A DNA stretch of 64,000 nucleotides, taken from positions 2 through 64,001 of the forward strand of contig JAFRIS010000015.1 of NCBI GenBank assembly GCA_017432665.1, written 5' to 3'. The notes beneath the pieces are model-generated. The model saw only the letters and a program-made list of their open reading frames with translations. It was not told the origin of the DNA and did not search any database. Shown here piece by piece: positions 7,825 through 16,458 of the stretch (position 1 is its first letter; every line of letters begins with the position of its first letter). A program made the position numbers and the translations under genes. This DNA is from Bacilli bacterium (lineage in GTDB: Bacteria > Bacillota_I > Bacilli_A > RF39 > UBA660).

Positions 7825-9567
7825 ATGACAGAACGTAGAACAGGACGAAGAATGGATCGAAATGCAGATAATAGAACAGAACGTAAAATAGACCAAAATT
7901 CAAGTCGAAATGCAGAAAGAAAAATAGAAAGAAACCCAGAATATACAATGTATCGAAGCACCGGTAGAAGAATGGATAGAAATAGATATCAAAATGATGA
8001 ACACAAGATTGAACGAAATAGAGATAAAGATAAAGAAGTAGGCAGTAAGTTTGTGATAAAAACAGAAAGAGATTCTGATAGAAGTCCAGAAAAGATAACA
8101 AATAGAAATGCAGGCAAAAAAAGAAAAAAAGTATCTCTAAATAAGAAATTTAAGAAGAAAGCATTAAGAGCTAGAAATATCCTAAGTTTAGTTTCATTTA
8201 TACTTGTAGTTGTTTTCATAATATTTCTAGGTATAATGAATATTTTACCTAATAAATATTTATATTTAATTAGTGGAGTATTAATACTTGTTGATTTAAT
8301 TGGTATTTGCTTGATCAATGTTTATAAAAAGACTGCATTAAAAGTAATTGGTTATATCATATTAGGCTTAATTACTATTGGTAGTTCAATTGGTATATAC
8401 TATTTATCAAGTACTAATAACTTTTTAAACAATTCTTTTGGTAAGAAATTTAGTATTGAAAAAAATACATATTATGTAATTACTGCTAGTAGTAATAATT
8501 ATAAAGAAAGCGATATTTCTGATAAAGTAAGTGTTTATAAAGAAACACCTCATTTAGATAAAGCATTGAAAAAACTAAATAAGAAATATGAAGTTACTAC
8601 TAAGAGTTATGATGATGTTGGATTAGTATTTGATAATGTTTTAAATAAAACAGATAAGTTTATGTTAGTAGAAAAGTCTTCATATGAAATAGTTCTATCT
8701 GTACCTGATAAATATAAGAAAGAAAACTTTACAATACTATATGAATTTGATATTTATACAAAAAAGAAAAATAATATTAATACAAATACTAAAAAGTTTA
8801 ATATATATTTAGGTGGTAAAGATTTCACAGGACTAATGGATTTTAATATGATTATTACTGCTAATACTAAAACACATCAATTATTACTTACTAGTGTTCC
8901 TAGAGATTATTATATTGAAGTATATGGTAAGAATCAAAAAGATAAATTGAGTTTTATGAGTGCTTATGGTAGTGATACTAATAAAGCTTCATTATCTAAA
9001 TTATTTGATACTAACATTGATTATAGTGTTACTGTTAACACAGATAGTTTAGTAGAAATAGTAGATTATGTTGGTGGTATTGAGTTCTGTAGTGATTACA
9101 GTTATACAACTACACATGCCATGATTAATCATGATTTTGATGATTCTAAAGGAAAAAAGTTAACTATTAAAAAGGGTTGTCAAAAATTAAATGGAATAGA
9201 AGCCCTAACAGTGGCTAGAGAAAGAAATGCTTTCCCTGGAAGAGATAGGGTAAGACAAGAAAACTGTCAAAAGATATTAGTTGCTATACTTAAGAAATTG
9301 GCTACTACTGATTCAATGATACATTATAATGAGACATTAAATACTATTGGATCATTATATGAAACAGATATTCCTAAAACTGTTATTAGTAATATTTCTA
9401 AAGATATTATAAATAATGGTAATAATTGGAAAATAACTACTCAATCAGTAGATGGTACTGATGGGCATGATAAAGTACATTTATCTAATGTTGTTGATTG
9501 GGTTATGTATCCTGATCAAAAGACTGTTGTAAAAGCACAAAATAAAATTAAAGAGACGTTGAAATAA
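7825..9567 (+). CDS. LytR-CpsA-Psr (LCP) family cell-envelope phosphotransferase with a repeat-rich charged N-terminal tail
   Basis: LLLTSVPRDYYIEV, GGIEFC and LNGIEALTVARERNAFPGRDRVRQENCQKIL form the LCP core. TM helices sit at about aa 120-190. RBS AGAGGTGG precedes the ATG at 7825. Confidence 0.85.
   Translation: MTERRTGRRMDRNADNRTERKIDQNSSRNAERKIERNPEYTMYRSTGRRMDRNRYQNDEHKIERNRDKDKEVGSKFVIKTERDSDRSPEKITNRNAGKKRKKVSLNKKFKKKALRARNILSLVSFILVVVFIIFLGIMNILPNKYLYLISGVLILVDLIGICLINVYKKTALKVIGYIILGLITIGSSIGIYYLSSTNNFLNNSFGKKFSIEKNTYYVITASSNNYKESDISDKVSVYKETPHLDKALKKLNKKYEVTTKSYDDVGLVFDNVLNKTDKFMLVEKSSYEIVLSVPDKYKKENFTILYEFDIYTKKKNNINTNTKKFNIYLGGKDFTGLMDFNMIITANTKTHQLLLTSVPRDYYIEVYGKNQKDKLSFMSAYGSDTNKASLSKLFDTNIDYSVTVNTDSLVEIVDYVGGIEFCSDYSYTTTHAMINHDFDDSKGKKLTIKKGCQKLNGIEALTVARERNAFPGRDRVRQENCQKILVAILKKLATTDSMIHYNETLNTIGSLYETDIPKTVISNISKDIINNGNNWKITTQSVDGTDGHDKVHLSNVVDWVMYPDQKTVVKAQNKIKETLK
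7828..8035 (+). repeat. Degenerate in-frame tandem repeats encoding an R/K/D/E/N-rich tail
   Basis: TGRRMDRN occurs twice; ERKIDQN, ERKIERN and HKIERN units are also present and the repetition is visible at DNA level. Confidence 0.7.
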
Positions 9568-9598
9568 TCAATGTCTTTTGTGGTATATGGAGGTTCCT

Positions 9599-10993
9599 AT
9601 GAATGAATTAATATATAAATATTTTAAAGAAATAAGTAAGATTCCTAGAGAAACTTATCATATTGATGAAATATCTGATTATTTAGTTAACTTTGCTAAA
9701 GAAAGAGGATTAGAAGTAATTCAAGATGATACTAAGAATGTTATTATTAAAAAAGATGCTTCGGAAGGATATATTGATCATGAACCAATAATAATTCAAG
9801 GCCATATGGATATGGTATGTCAAAAGACTAAAGATAGTAATCATGACTTTTCTACTGATGAGATTGAAATAATCGAAGAAAAGGGCTATTTAAAGGCAAA
9901 TAAGACTACTTTAGGTGCTGATAATGGAATTGGTATGGCTATGGCTCTTTCAATCTTAGATAGTGATTTAAAGCATCCTAAAATAGAAGCTGTATTTACT
10001 GTTAATGAAGAAGTAGGAATGGAAGGAGCTTCTAACTTAGACTTTAATAATTTAGAGTCTAAAAGATTAATTAATATAGATTCAGAAGATGAAGGTATTT
10101 TAACTGCTGGATGTGCTGGCGGTATAAGAGTAGAAGTAACTTATCAAGGTGAATTAATCTCTAAAACAGGATATTTATATACTTTAAGTGTTACTAATTT
10201 ATTTGGTGGACATTCAGGAATAGATATAGATAAGAATAGAGTAAATGCGATTAAATGTATTGGGGAATTCTTATCAAAAATAAATAACTTTTATCTAGCA
10301 AGTATCAATGGTGGTAAAGTAGATAATGCTATTTGTGATGATTGTACAATTAAATTTTTATTAGAAAACTATTTTGAATTTACTAATCTAATTGATTCCA
10401 TAAATGAATATTTAAAGAGTAGAGGAGAAGTAAATAGTATAGTAACAATTGAAGAAGAAAAGACAACTACTGATGTATTTACTTTAGAGGATACAAAAAA
10501 TATTATTAACTATATATATAATTCAAGAAATGGGGTTACTTCTTACGAAGATGGATTAGATGATTTAGTAAAGACTTCTCTAAACTTTGGAGTAGTAAGC
10601 ACTGATAATAATACTATTCATATTAAACATTCTGTACGTTCATCTAGCGATATAGAACGAGATGAAATAGTTGAAATGATAAATAATAATGCTACTAGTA
10701 TTAATGCTTTAGTAGAGACAAAAAACCCATATTCTGGCTGGAAATATAATGAAAATTCTCCTTTAAGAAGTTTATTAGAAAAGATATATAAAGAAATGTA
10801 TGAAGAAGATTTAACAATTAATGTAGTTCATGCAGGATTAGAATGTGGAATTTTTGTAGGAAAAAGAAATAATTTAGATTGTGTTTCTATTGGCCCAACT
10901 ATTCTTGGAGCACATACTCCTGAAGAAAAAGTGGATATAGAAAGTGTTAATCGTACCTATGAATATTTAATAAAAATACTTGAAAACCTATAA
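9599..10993 (+). CDS. pepD: Aminoacyl-histidine (Xaa-His) dipeptidase, M20 family
   Basis: GHMDMVCQK, GADNGIGMA and NEEVGMEGA motifs. RBS GGAGG precedes the ATG at 9599. Confidence 0.85.
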   Translation: MNELIYKYFKEISKIPRETYHIDEISDYLVNFAKERGLEVIQDDTKNVIIKKDASEGYIDHEPIIIQGHMDMVCQKTKDSNHDFSTDEIEIIEEKGYLKANKTTLGADNGIGMAMALSILDSDLKHPKIEAVFTVNEEVGMEGASNLDFNNLESKRLINIDSEDEGILTAGCAGGIRVEVTYQGELISKTGYLYTLSVTNLFGGHSGIDIDKNRVNAIKCIGEFLSKINNFYLASINGGKVDNAICDDCTIKFLLENYFEFTNLIDSINEYLKSRGEVNSIVTIEEEKTTTDVFTLEDTKNIINYIYNSRNGVTSYEDGLDDLVKTSLNFGVVSTDNNTIHIKHSVRSSSDIERDEIVEMINNNATSINALVETKNPYSGWKYNENSPLRSLLEKIYKEMYEEDLTINVVHAGLECGIFVGKRNNLDCVSIGPTILGAHTPEEKVDIESVNRTYEYLIKILENL

Positions 10994-11005
10994 TGAGGTG
11001 ATTAG

Positions 11006-12052
11006 ATGAAGAATAATAAAGGGTTAATAATAGCTTTTATACTGCTTATAATATGTTTTGGTATTAATACTATTATGACTATTATAAGTGATAATAATGA
11101 TAATAATTATAATGAGGAATATACTAAAGATACTAAAGTAGTAATTAATGATGATCAGTATATAGCTGTTGCTTTATTCTCTAATAAATCAAATTTGACT
11201 GGTATTTTGTCAGAGGCTGAAACTAGAGATTTAGATATTGAAGTATTACGTACTGATGGTAAAGGTAGTAGGAGTTTTGCAATTAAAGATTATGAAATAT
11301 ATTATTTGGATAAAGATTATTATTTAAATGTCTATAATACTAAATATGATACTAATAAAGTGTTGGCTCAAATAGAAATACTAGGTTTTGCTGATTTATA
11401 TATTACTAATAATGGAATAGTTATATTTAGCGAAGAAAATACTTATTTATATGATTTTAGTACTGATAAAGTTATTAGTTTAAATATTAAATCTCCATAT
11501 GCTGATGATATGAGATATTATAATAAAGCTAATAATACTATATATTATCCAAATGAAGATGGTAATTTAACTAGTTATAATTTTATTAATAAAAAAGAAA
11601 AAGTATTATTTGATTACTATTATATTTATGGTACTAAGTCTAATGATAATTACTTAGTATTGAGAAAAGATAATAATTATTTTTTATATGATTATACTAA
11701 TAACAAGCTTAATAAAGTATTAGATACTAATAATGAGATAATCTGCATGAAAGAAGCATCTATTATTTATACTCATAATAATAAACTTATTTCTAAAAAT
11801 ATAATTACAGATGTCGAAGAAGAACTATATACTTTTAAACTAGACAACTCAAAGAATGAATATGTTGGCGCATCATATAGTTTTCATTCTCAAGAAGAAG
11901 TATATGTAGCTACTTATACAAATATGTGTTCTTCAGGTATTTGTGGACCTGTAGTGAAAGATGAATATATATATAGTTTTAATACTAAGAAAATAACTAA
12001 AATTACTGATAAACTAAAACTGTCTATGTTATTCGAATCTATAAACTATTAA
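11006..12052 (+). CDS. Membrane-anchored hypothetical protein (N/Y/D-rich, possibly a beta-propeller)
   Basis: N-terminal TM segment LIIAFILLIICFGINTIMTII. Repeated Y-Y/N-rich strands. No family recognised. Confidence 0.5.
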   Translation: MKNNKGLIIAFILLIICFGINTIMTIISDNNDNNYNEEYTKDTKVVINDDQYIAVALFSNKSNLTGILSEAETRDLDIEVLRTDGKGSRSFAIKDYEIYYLDKDYYLNVYNTKYDTNKVLAQIEILGFADLYITNNGIVIFSEENTYLYDFSTDKVISLNIKSPYADDMRYYNKANNTIYYPNEDGNLTSYNFINKKEKVLFDYYYIYGTKSNDNYLVLRKDNNYFLYDYTNNKLNKVLDTNNEIICMKEASIIYTHNNKLISKNIITDVEEELYTFKLDNSKNEYVGASYSFHSQEEVYVATYTNMCSSGICGPVVKDEYIYSFNTKKITKITDKLKLSMLFESINY

Positions 12053-12112
12053 TCTAAGATTATTGTAATATTTACATTTTTGTGGTATTATTAAATAGTC
12101 TTAGATTTATAT

Positions 12113-12189
12113 GGCCTGTTGGTGAAGTGGCTTAACACACTGCCCTCTCAAGGCAGCATTCACGGATTCGAATTCCGTACAGGCTACCA
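12113..12189 (+). tRNA. tRNA-Glu (anticodon CUC), CCA encoded
   Basis: Cloverleaf folded by hand. Acceptor stem GGCCTGT/ACAGGCT. Anticodon stem CTGCC/GGCAG with loop CT-CTC-AA. T-arm ACGGA-TTCGAAT-TCCGT. Discriminator A followed by CCA. Close to the B. subtilis tRNA-Glu scaffold. Confidence 0.85.
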
Positions 12190-12197
12190 TGGAAAAT

Positions 12198-12230
12198 AAC
12201 TTAATACATTGAGTATTAAGTTTTTGTTTG
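12198..12230 (+). terminator. Rho-independent terminator after the tRNA
   Basis: AACTTAATAC-attga-GTATTAAGTT followed by TTTTGTTTG. Confidence 0.8.
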
Positions 12231-12252
12231 TTATAATTATAATGGTGATAGT

Positions 12253-12795
12253 ATGAAACTATTTAAAGACGAAAAATTATCAAAAAGAAATGTTTTCAAT
12301 TTACTAGTCTTAGTAATGATAATAGGTGGAATTACTGGATTTGTTTATGAAGAAATATTTTATTACTTTGATTTAGGTCAATTAGTAAAAAGAGGCTCTA
12401 CTTACGGTCCTTGGATACCAATTTATGCCTTTGGAAGTGCTTTTATTACTATCATAACTTATAAGTATAAGGATAAGCCATTAATCGTATTTGGTCTTTC
12501 GTTATTAATCACAGGAGTATTAGAATACTTAACTGGAATGTTCTTCTATGAAGTATTACATACTAGATTATGGGATTATAATACCGAAATATTAAATTTT
12601 GGTAATATTAATGGTTATGTTTGTTTAAGAAGTGTCTTATTGTTCGGTTTTGCCGGATTATTTTTAATATATTGTATAGTTCCTAAGATTTTGAAAGTAA
12701 TGAAGAGGGTAGATCAAAAGTTATTAAATAATACATGTTTAATTTTAATAATTTTATTTGGAATAGATATTTTAATGTACATGTTTTTGAAATAA
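12253..12795 (+). CDS. Polytopic membrane protein, putative ABC-transporter type IV (PF06541/CmpB-like)
   Basis: GPWIPIYAFGS and TRLWDYN motifs, as I recall them from PF06541. Five to six hydrophobic helices. Confidence 0.6.
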   Translation: MKLFKDEKLSKRNVFNLLVLVMIIGGITGFVYEEIFYYFDLGQLVKRGSTYGPWIPIYAFGSAFITIITYKYKDKPLIVFGLSLLITGVLEYLTGMFFYEVLHTRLWDYNTEILNFGNINGYVCLRSVLLFGFAGLFLIYCIVPKILKVMKRVDQKLLNNTCLILIILFGIDILMYMFLK

Positions 12796-12797
12796 TT

Positions 12798-12828
12798 GAA
12801 TAAATATTAAGTTATTTATTCTTTTTTA
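12798..12828 (+). terminator. Rho-independent terminator
   Basis: GAATAAATA-ttaagt-TATTTATTC followed by TTTTTT. Confidence 0.75.
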
Positions 12829-12881
12829 TTGAAAAAAAATCAAAAATATATTAAAATTTTATAGTAGGATAGGTGAGAAGA

Positions 12882-13964
12882 ATGAATAATGGGGTTACAA
12901 CTAATAACAATACACAACAACCAGCACCAGCTAATATAGAAAATACTTTAACTCCAATGGCTGGGGTTAAAATAGCACCTGCTGAAGGTATGCCTGTTGA
13001 TGCTTCTAGTAAAGATGGAGCTCTTAATGCGAATAATAAGCAATCACCAGTTGTGGCAGCACAACAACCAGCCCAAGCTGTTGTTCAACCAACACCAGTG
13101 GCACCACCACAACCACCTGTACAACCAGTTGTTAAACCGACTGAAACACCTCAACCAGTTCAATCTACAGAACCAGTGGTACCACCTGCAAATAATGCAC
13201 CTCAGTTTACTGGCCCACCTGTTAGAAAGAAAAGTGGTTTAACGCCAATTCTATTGATTATTATTTTAGGTTTGGGATTCTATTTGGTTTATTCAACTAG
13301 AACTTATAATGCTAGAATAGAAAACTTAACGTATGAATGTACCCCTGTAACTTCAGCTAAAGAAGATACAGAGTTAGATTTAGATTCTACTTTAGTTAGA
13401 GATTTATATAGTAGAGTAGTAACTAATATTAGAGAAGATTTAGCTCAACCTGAGTTTAATGATAATATGAAAATATATTTAGCTTATAGACAAATACCTG
13501 AAGAATATAAATATGATTCTAATTGTAATTTATTTAGTGGTACTGCTATGGAACCATATAAATGTGAAGTGTCTACTAAATTTAAACCTAAAGCTATTAA
13601 AGAAGAAACTGTACAGTTATATTTAAAGAAACTGTATGGAGAAAAAACGGAAATAGCATTAGCTAATATTCGTCTAGGTAGAAACTCATGTATTGGAGGA
13701 TACCAATATATCGCAAAAAGAGGAGAATTTGTTCAAGGATACTGCTCTTCTGATGTAGCTACTTCATTTAAAGTTGATAAGGAATTAAAGAAAGCAACAA
13801 GCAATAGAAATACTATTATCTTAACTGAAGAAGTAAAATATCATGAAGCTGAAAAACAAGCATTACCAGAAAGTCTTAAGAGTGGAACTTACTATTATAC
13901 ATTTAGATTAGATATGAATTATAACTATGTACTTGTAAGTAAAACATACCAATCTAAGTATTAA
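12882..13964 (+). CDS. Hypothetical membrane-anchored protein with Pro/Gln/Val-rich N-terminal region
   Basis: PAQAVVQPTPVAPPQPPVQPVVKPTETPQPV tract, then TM helix LTPILLIIILGLGFYLVY, then a ~215-aa C-terminal domain. RBS AGGTGAG precedes the ATG at 12882. Confidence 0.6.
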   Translation: MNNGVTTNNNTQQPAPANIENTLTPMAGVKIAPAEGMPVDASSKDGALNANNKQSPVVAAQQPAQAVVQPTPVAPPQPPVQPVVKPTETPQPVQSTEPVVPPANNAPQFTGPPVRKKSGLTPILLIIILGLGFYLVYSTRTYNARIENLTYECTPVTSAKEDTELDLDSTLVRDLYSRVVTNIREDLAQPEFNDNMKIYLAYRQIPEEYKYDSNCNLFSGTAMEPYKCEVSTKFKPKAIKEETVQLYLKKLYGEKTEIALANIRLGRNSCIGGYQYIAKRGEFVQGYCSSDVATSFKVDKELKKATSNRNTIILTEEVKYHEAEKQALPESLKSGTYYYTFRLDMNYNYVLVSKTYQSKY

Positions 13965-13976
13965 AGGAGGATGAAT

Positions 13977-14501
13977 ATGGACATCAAGACTGTAGTAACA
14001 GGGTATTTAGATGAAAATTGTTATTTATTAATAAAGAATGGTACTTGCTTAGTGATTGATCCAGGAGATGACTATAATGATATTAGAAATGAAATAGGCG
14101 ATAATAAAGTAATAGGAGTGCTAATTACTCATTCTCATTTCGATCATATAGGAGCTCTAAGAAATTTCTTAGTAAAAAGAAGTATAAAAATATTCAAAAA
14201 GAGCAATCTGGAAGAAAAAGAATATACTATTGGAGATTTTAAATTTAAGTGTATTTATACCCCTGGTCATTCAAAAGATTCAGTAACTTTCTATTTTGAA
14301 GAAGAAAAAGCAATGTTCCCAGGTGATTTCATATTTAATGAAAGCATTGGTAGATGTGATTTACCAGGTGGAAGTGAATCTGATATGCAAGAAAGTATTA
14401 AAAAGATATTAGAATATCCTGATGATATAGCTTTATATCCAGGACATAATTCAACTACTACTTTAGGATATGAAAAAGAAAATAATCCATATTTAAAATG
14501 A
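13977..14501 (+). CDS. MBL-fold metallo-hydrolase (glyoxalase II-like)
   Basis: LITHSHFDHIG, then TPGHS and D..PG.H motifs. An alternative ATG at 13971 directly abuts the GGAGG. Confidence 0.8.
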   Translation: MDIKTVVTGYLDENCYLLIKNGTCLVIDPGDDYNDIRNEIGDNKVIGVLITHSHFDHIGALRNFLVKRSIKIFKKSNLEEKEYTIGDFKFKCIYTPGHSKDSVTFYFEEEKAMFPGDFIFNESIGRCDLPGGSESDMQESIKKILEYPDDIALYPGHNSTTTLGYEKENNPYLK

Positions 14502-14560
14502 TTATTTTCTTTTATTTTGTATGTATTTATGTTATTATATTAAGTCATAGAGGTGGTTAT

Positions 14561-14863
14561 ATGAAGATTTGGACTAAAGTACATATTAAAGATAAAAACA
14601 AAGATGTAGAGACAATAGCCAAATCATTAACTAACTACTTATATGGATATGGCCCTATATTAGATTTAAGTCGTAAGTATAAGATATTTCCTCAAGATAG
14701 AGCAGAAATAGATAAATATACAGCAGATAGAATAGCAGGTCTTTTGATGCTATATTTATCGAAAGATTATAATAGAATAAATGATATAGTTAATAAATAC
14801 AATATTGATGCTGCTGAACTAAATAATATTGTACCGGAAATTGAAGGCTATATAGAAAAATAA
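14561..14863 (+). CDS. Hypothetical protein (100 aa)
   Basis: RBS AGAGGTGG lies 5 nt before the ATG at 14561. The upstream part of the tracked ORF lacks an RBS. Confidence 0.5.
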   Translation: MKIWTKVHIKDKNKDVETIAKSLTNYLYGYGPILDLSRKYKIFPQDRAEIDKYTADRIAGLLMLYLSKDYNRINDIVNKYNIDAAELNNIVPEIEGYIEK

Positions 14864-14888
14864 AACATCGAATATTCGATGTTTTTTT
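14862..14888. terminator. Bidirectional rho-independent terminator
   Basis: AAAACATCGAAT/ATTCGATGTTTT perfect palindrome with A-run and T-run flanks. It serves both the + gene and the small - ORF. Confidence 0.8.
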
Positions 14889-14973
14889 ATATATAAATCA
14901 AGACACTGAAAAATCCAATTATCATTGCTAGTAACATAATTACCGCAACTATCTTTATAACTTTATCACTCAC
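14887..14973 (-). CDS. Unannotated 28-aa hydrophobic peptide MSDKVIKIVAVIMLLAMIIGFFSVLIYI (GTG start)
   Basis: Absent from the ORF track, presumably because it is too short. It has its own TTTACT-17-TATAAT promoter, RBS GAGGTGAGG 3-5 nt before the GTG, and a stop codon abutting the bidirectional terminator. Confidence 0.55.
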   Translation of the reverse strand: MSDKVIKIVAVIMLLAMIIGFFSVLIYI

Positions 14974-14993
14974 ATGCCTCACCTCATGTACTA

Positions 14994-15022
14994 ATTATAT
15001 AGTATTTAGCTAAAAAAGTAAA
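14994..15022 (-). promoter_or_regulatory. Putative sigma-A promoter of the small peptide gene
   Basis: On the minus strand: TTTACT, a 17-nt spacer, TATAAT, 20 nt upstream of the GTG. Confidence 0.5.
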
Positions 15023-15069
15023 TTCTTTTTATTGAATAATAAATTTATATAAAAACTGTCAATTTACAC

Positions 15070-15098
15070 TTGATATTTTACTGTAAAGTAATTATAAT
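15070..15098 (+). promoter_or_regulatory. Putative sigma-A promoter of the HTH gene
   Basis: TTGATA, a 17-nt spacer, TATAAT, 20 nt upstream of the ATG at 15119. It is divergent from the small-peptide promoter. Confidence 0.55.
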
Positions 15099-15118
15099 TA
15101 TATTAGGAGGGTAATAAA

Positions 15119-15886
15119 ATGAAGGAATTAAATGTTATATTAACTGAATTAGGTATAAGTAAGGTAAGATTAGCTAAGTATTTAGGTGTTTCAAGACAAA
15201 TGCTTTATAACTATTTAGCAATTGAAAATATTAATGATTGGCCAAAAGAAAAGGCTGCTAAATTACTTAGTTTATTAAATATTGAAGATATTAATGAACT
15301 AAGTAATATTAAAGTAACTGGTGAATATATTATTGATGTAGAGAATAGATTAAATGAAGGGGTAAAAGATTCTTCAAATAAAGAGGTTTTAGCAGATCTA
15401 AAAGGTTTTAATAAGAAAGAACAAGAATTATTATCCGATATAATTAATCTTTTAAAAGAGAAGTTAGCTTCTGATAAAACTAAAGATACTTATAATACAT
15501 ATTTATATTTATTCCATTTCCTACAATCAATGGAAACTACTGAAGAATTGAAATATATCTTAGCTTATATGTCTAAATCATTAGGATTTGTAGATCCAAT
15601 GGAATTTGCTTTTAATAAAGATAAACAATTTATTTTTGAAAGTATTTTATTCAGTGCTATGACATTATATAATAACGGAGGAGCTTCTAAGAGTAAATTA
15701 GGAGAGTCTCATAAGAGATTTGTACAAAATATTGAACAAAAGAAAGAAGAAAAGCTATCTCGTACTCAAGAGTTAAATACAGTAAAGATTCAAGCATTAA
15801 AAGAACTAGGATTTACTGAAATAAATGAGGATAATGCTAAAGAAGTATTTGAAAAGATAGCTGAAATTCAATCAAGAAAAGTATAA
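15119..15886 (+). CDS. HTH-domain protein with helical C-terminal domain (possible peptide-responsive regulator)
   Basis: The N-terminal segment LGISKVRLAKYLGVSRQMLYNYL is HTH-like. The remainder is predicted helical. RBS is AGGAGGG. Confidence 0.6.
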   Translation: MKELNVILTELGISKVRLAKYLGVSRQMLYNYLAIENINDWPKEKAAKLLSLLNIEDINELSNIKVTGEYIIDVENRLNEGVKDSSNKEVLADLKGFNKKEQELLSDIINLLKEKLASDKTKDTYNTYLYLFHFLQSMETTEELKYILAYMSKSLGFVDPMEFAFNKDKQFIFESILFSAMTLYNNGGASKSKLGESHKRFVQNIEQKKEEKLSRTQELNTVKIQALKELGFTEINEDNAKEVFEKIAEIQSRKV

Positions 15887-15917
15887 AACATATTTGATTT
15901 CCAAATATGTTTTTTTA
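15886..15917 (+). terminator. Rho-independent terminator
   Basis: AAAACATATTTG-atttc-CAAATATGTTTT followed by TTT. Confidence 0.8.
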
Positions 15918-15952
15918 TGTTATTATATATATGATAGGAGAGAGTAGAGCAG

Positions 15953-16423
15953 ATGAAGAAGTGGAAGAAGATATTATTAATAGTATTAGGTATAATTGTT
16001 TTAATTGCTATTTTAGTATTAATTGTCATGCGCATAAATACAGAAACTTTTGAAGAAAAAATGTCTGAAAAAGGATTTGCAATAACTAATATTATTGATA
16101 ATCATAAAAAAGAAAAAACTATAGTTAGAGCTTATGAAGCTACTGAAAAAGATAATAAATATAAAATAAGTATTTTAGAGTTTACTACTAGTAAAGCTGC
16201 TACTAAATATTTTAATAAAGAGAAAGATCGTTATAATAGTGAAAAAGACCCGGATTCAGCAATAAACTACTCTGTACAAAATAATAGAGAAAGATACACT
16301 ATAACTACAGCTAAAAACAGATATATTGCATTATATAAGCATTTAAGCACAATAGTTTATTATGATATTGATATTAAATATAGTGAAGAAGTAATTAATT
16401 TATTAGATGAATTGGGTTATTAA
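15953..16423 (+). CDS. Membrane-anchored hypothetical protein
   Basis: N-terminal TM segment ILLIVLGIIVLIAILVLIVM. RBS is AGGAGAGAG. Confidence 0.55.
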   Translation: MKKWKKILLIVLGIIVLIAILVLIVMRINTETFEEKMSEKGFAITNIIDNHKKEKTIVRAYEATEKDNKYKISILEFTTSKAATKYFNKEKDRYNSEKDPDSAINYSVQNNRERYTITTAKNRYIALYKHLSTIVYYDIDIKYSEEVINLLDELGY

Positions 16424-16458
16424 TAGTACTATTCTCTCAACTTTTCTCTATAGTATCA

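Noticed and set aside
7828-8035. Short tandem repeats considered as a possible CRISPR-like or regulatory array
   Set aside because: The repeats are in-frame, degenerate and lie inside the LCP CDS, with no spacer/repeat regularity. No CRISPR array is present anywhere in the window.
7730-8318. Two minus-strand ORFs (7730-8101 and 7989-8318) antisense to the LCP gene
   Set aside because: They are low-complexity F/L/Y-rich translations generated by the AG-rich repeat region on the opposite strand. They have no RBS and lie fully inside a gene with a clear LCP core.
12997-13242. 81-aa + strand ORF overlapping the Pro/Gln-rich region
   Set aside because: It is an alternative frame of the CCA/CAA-rich tract inside the 12882-13964 CDS. 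It has no RBS, and its H/N/Q/L-rich low-complexity product is an artefact.
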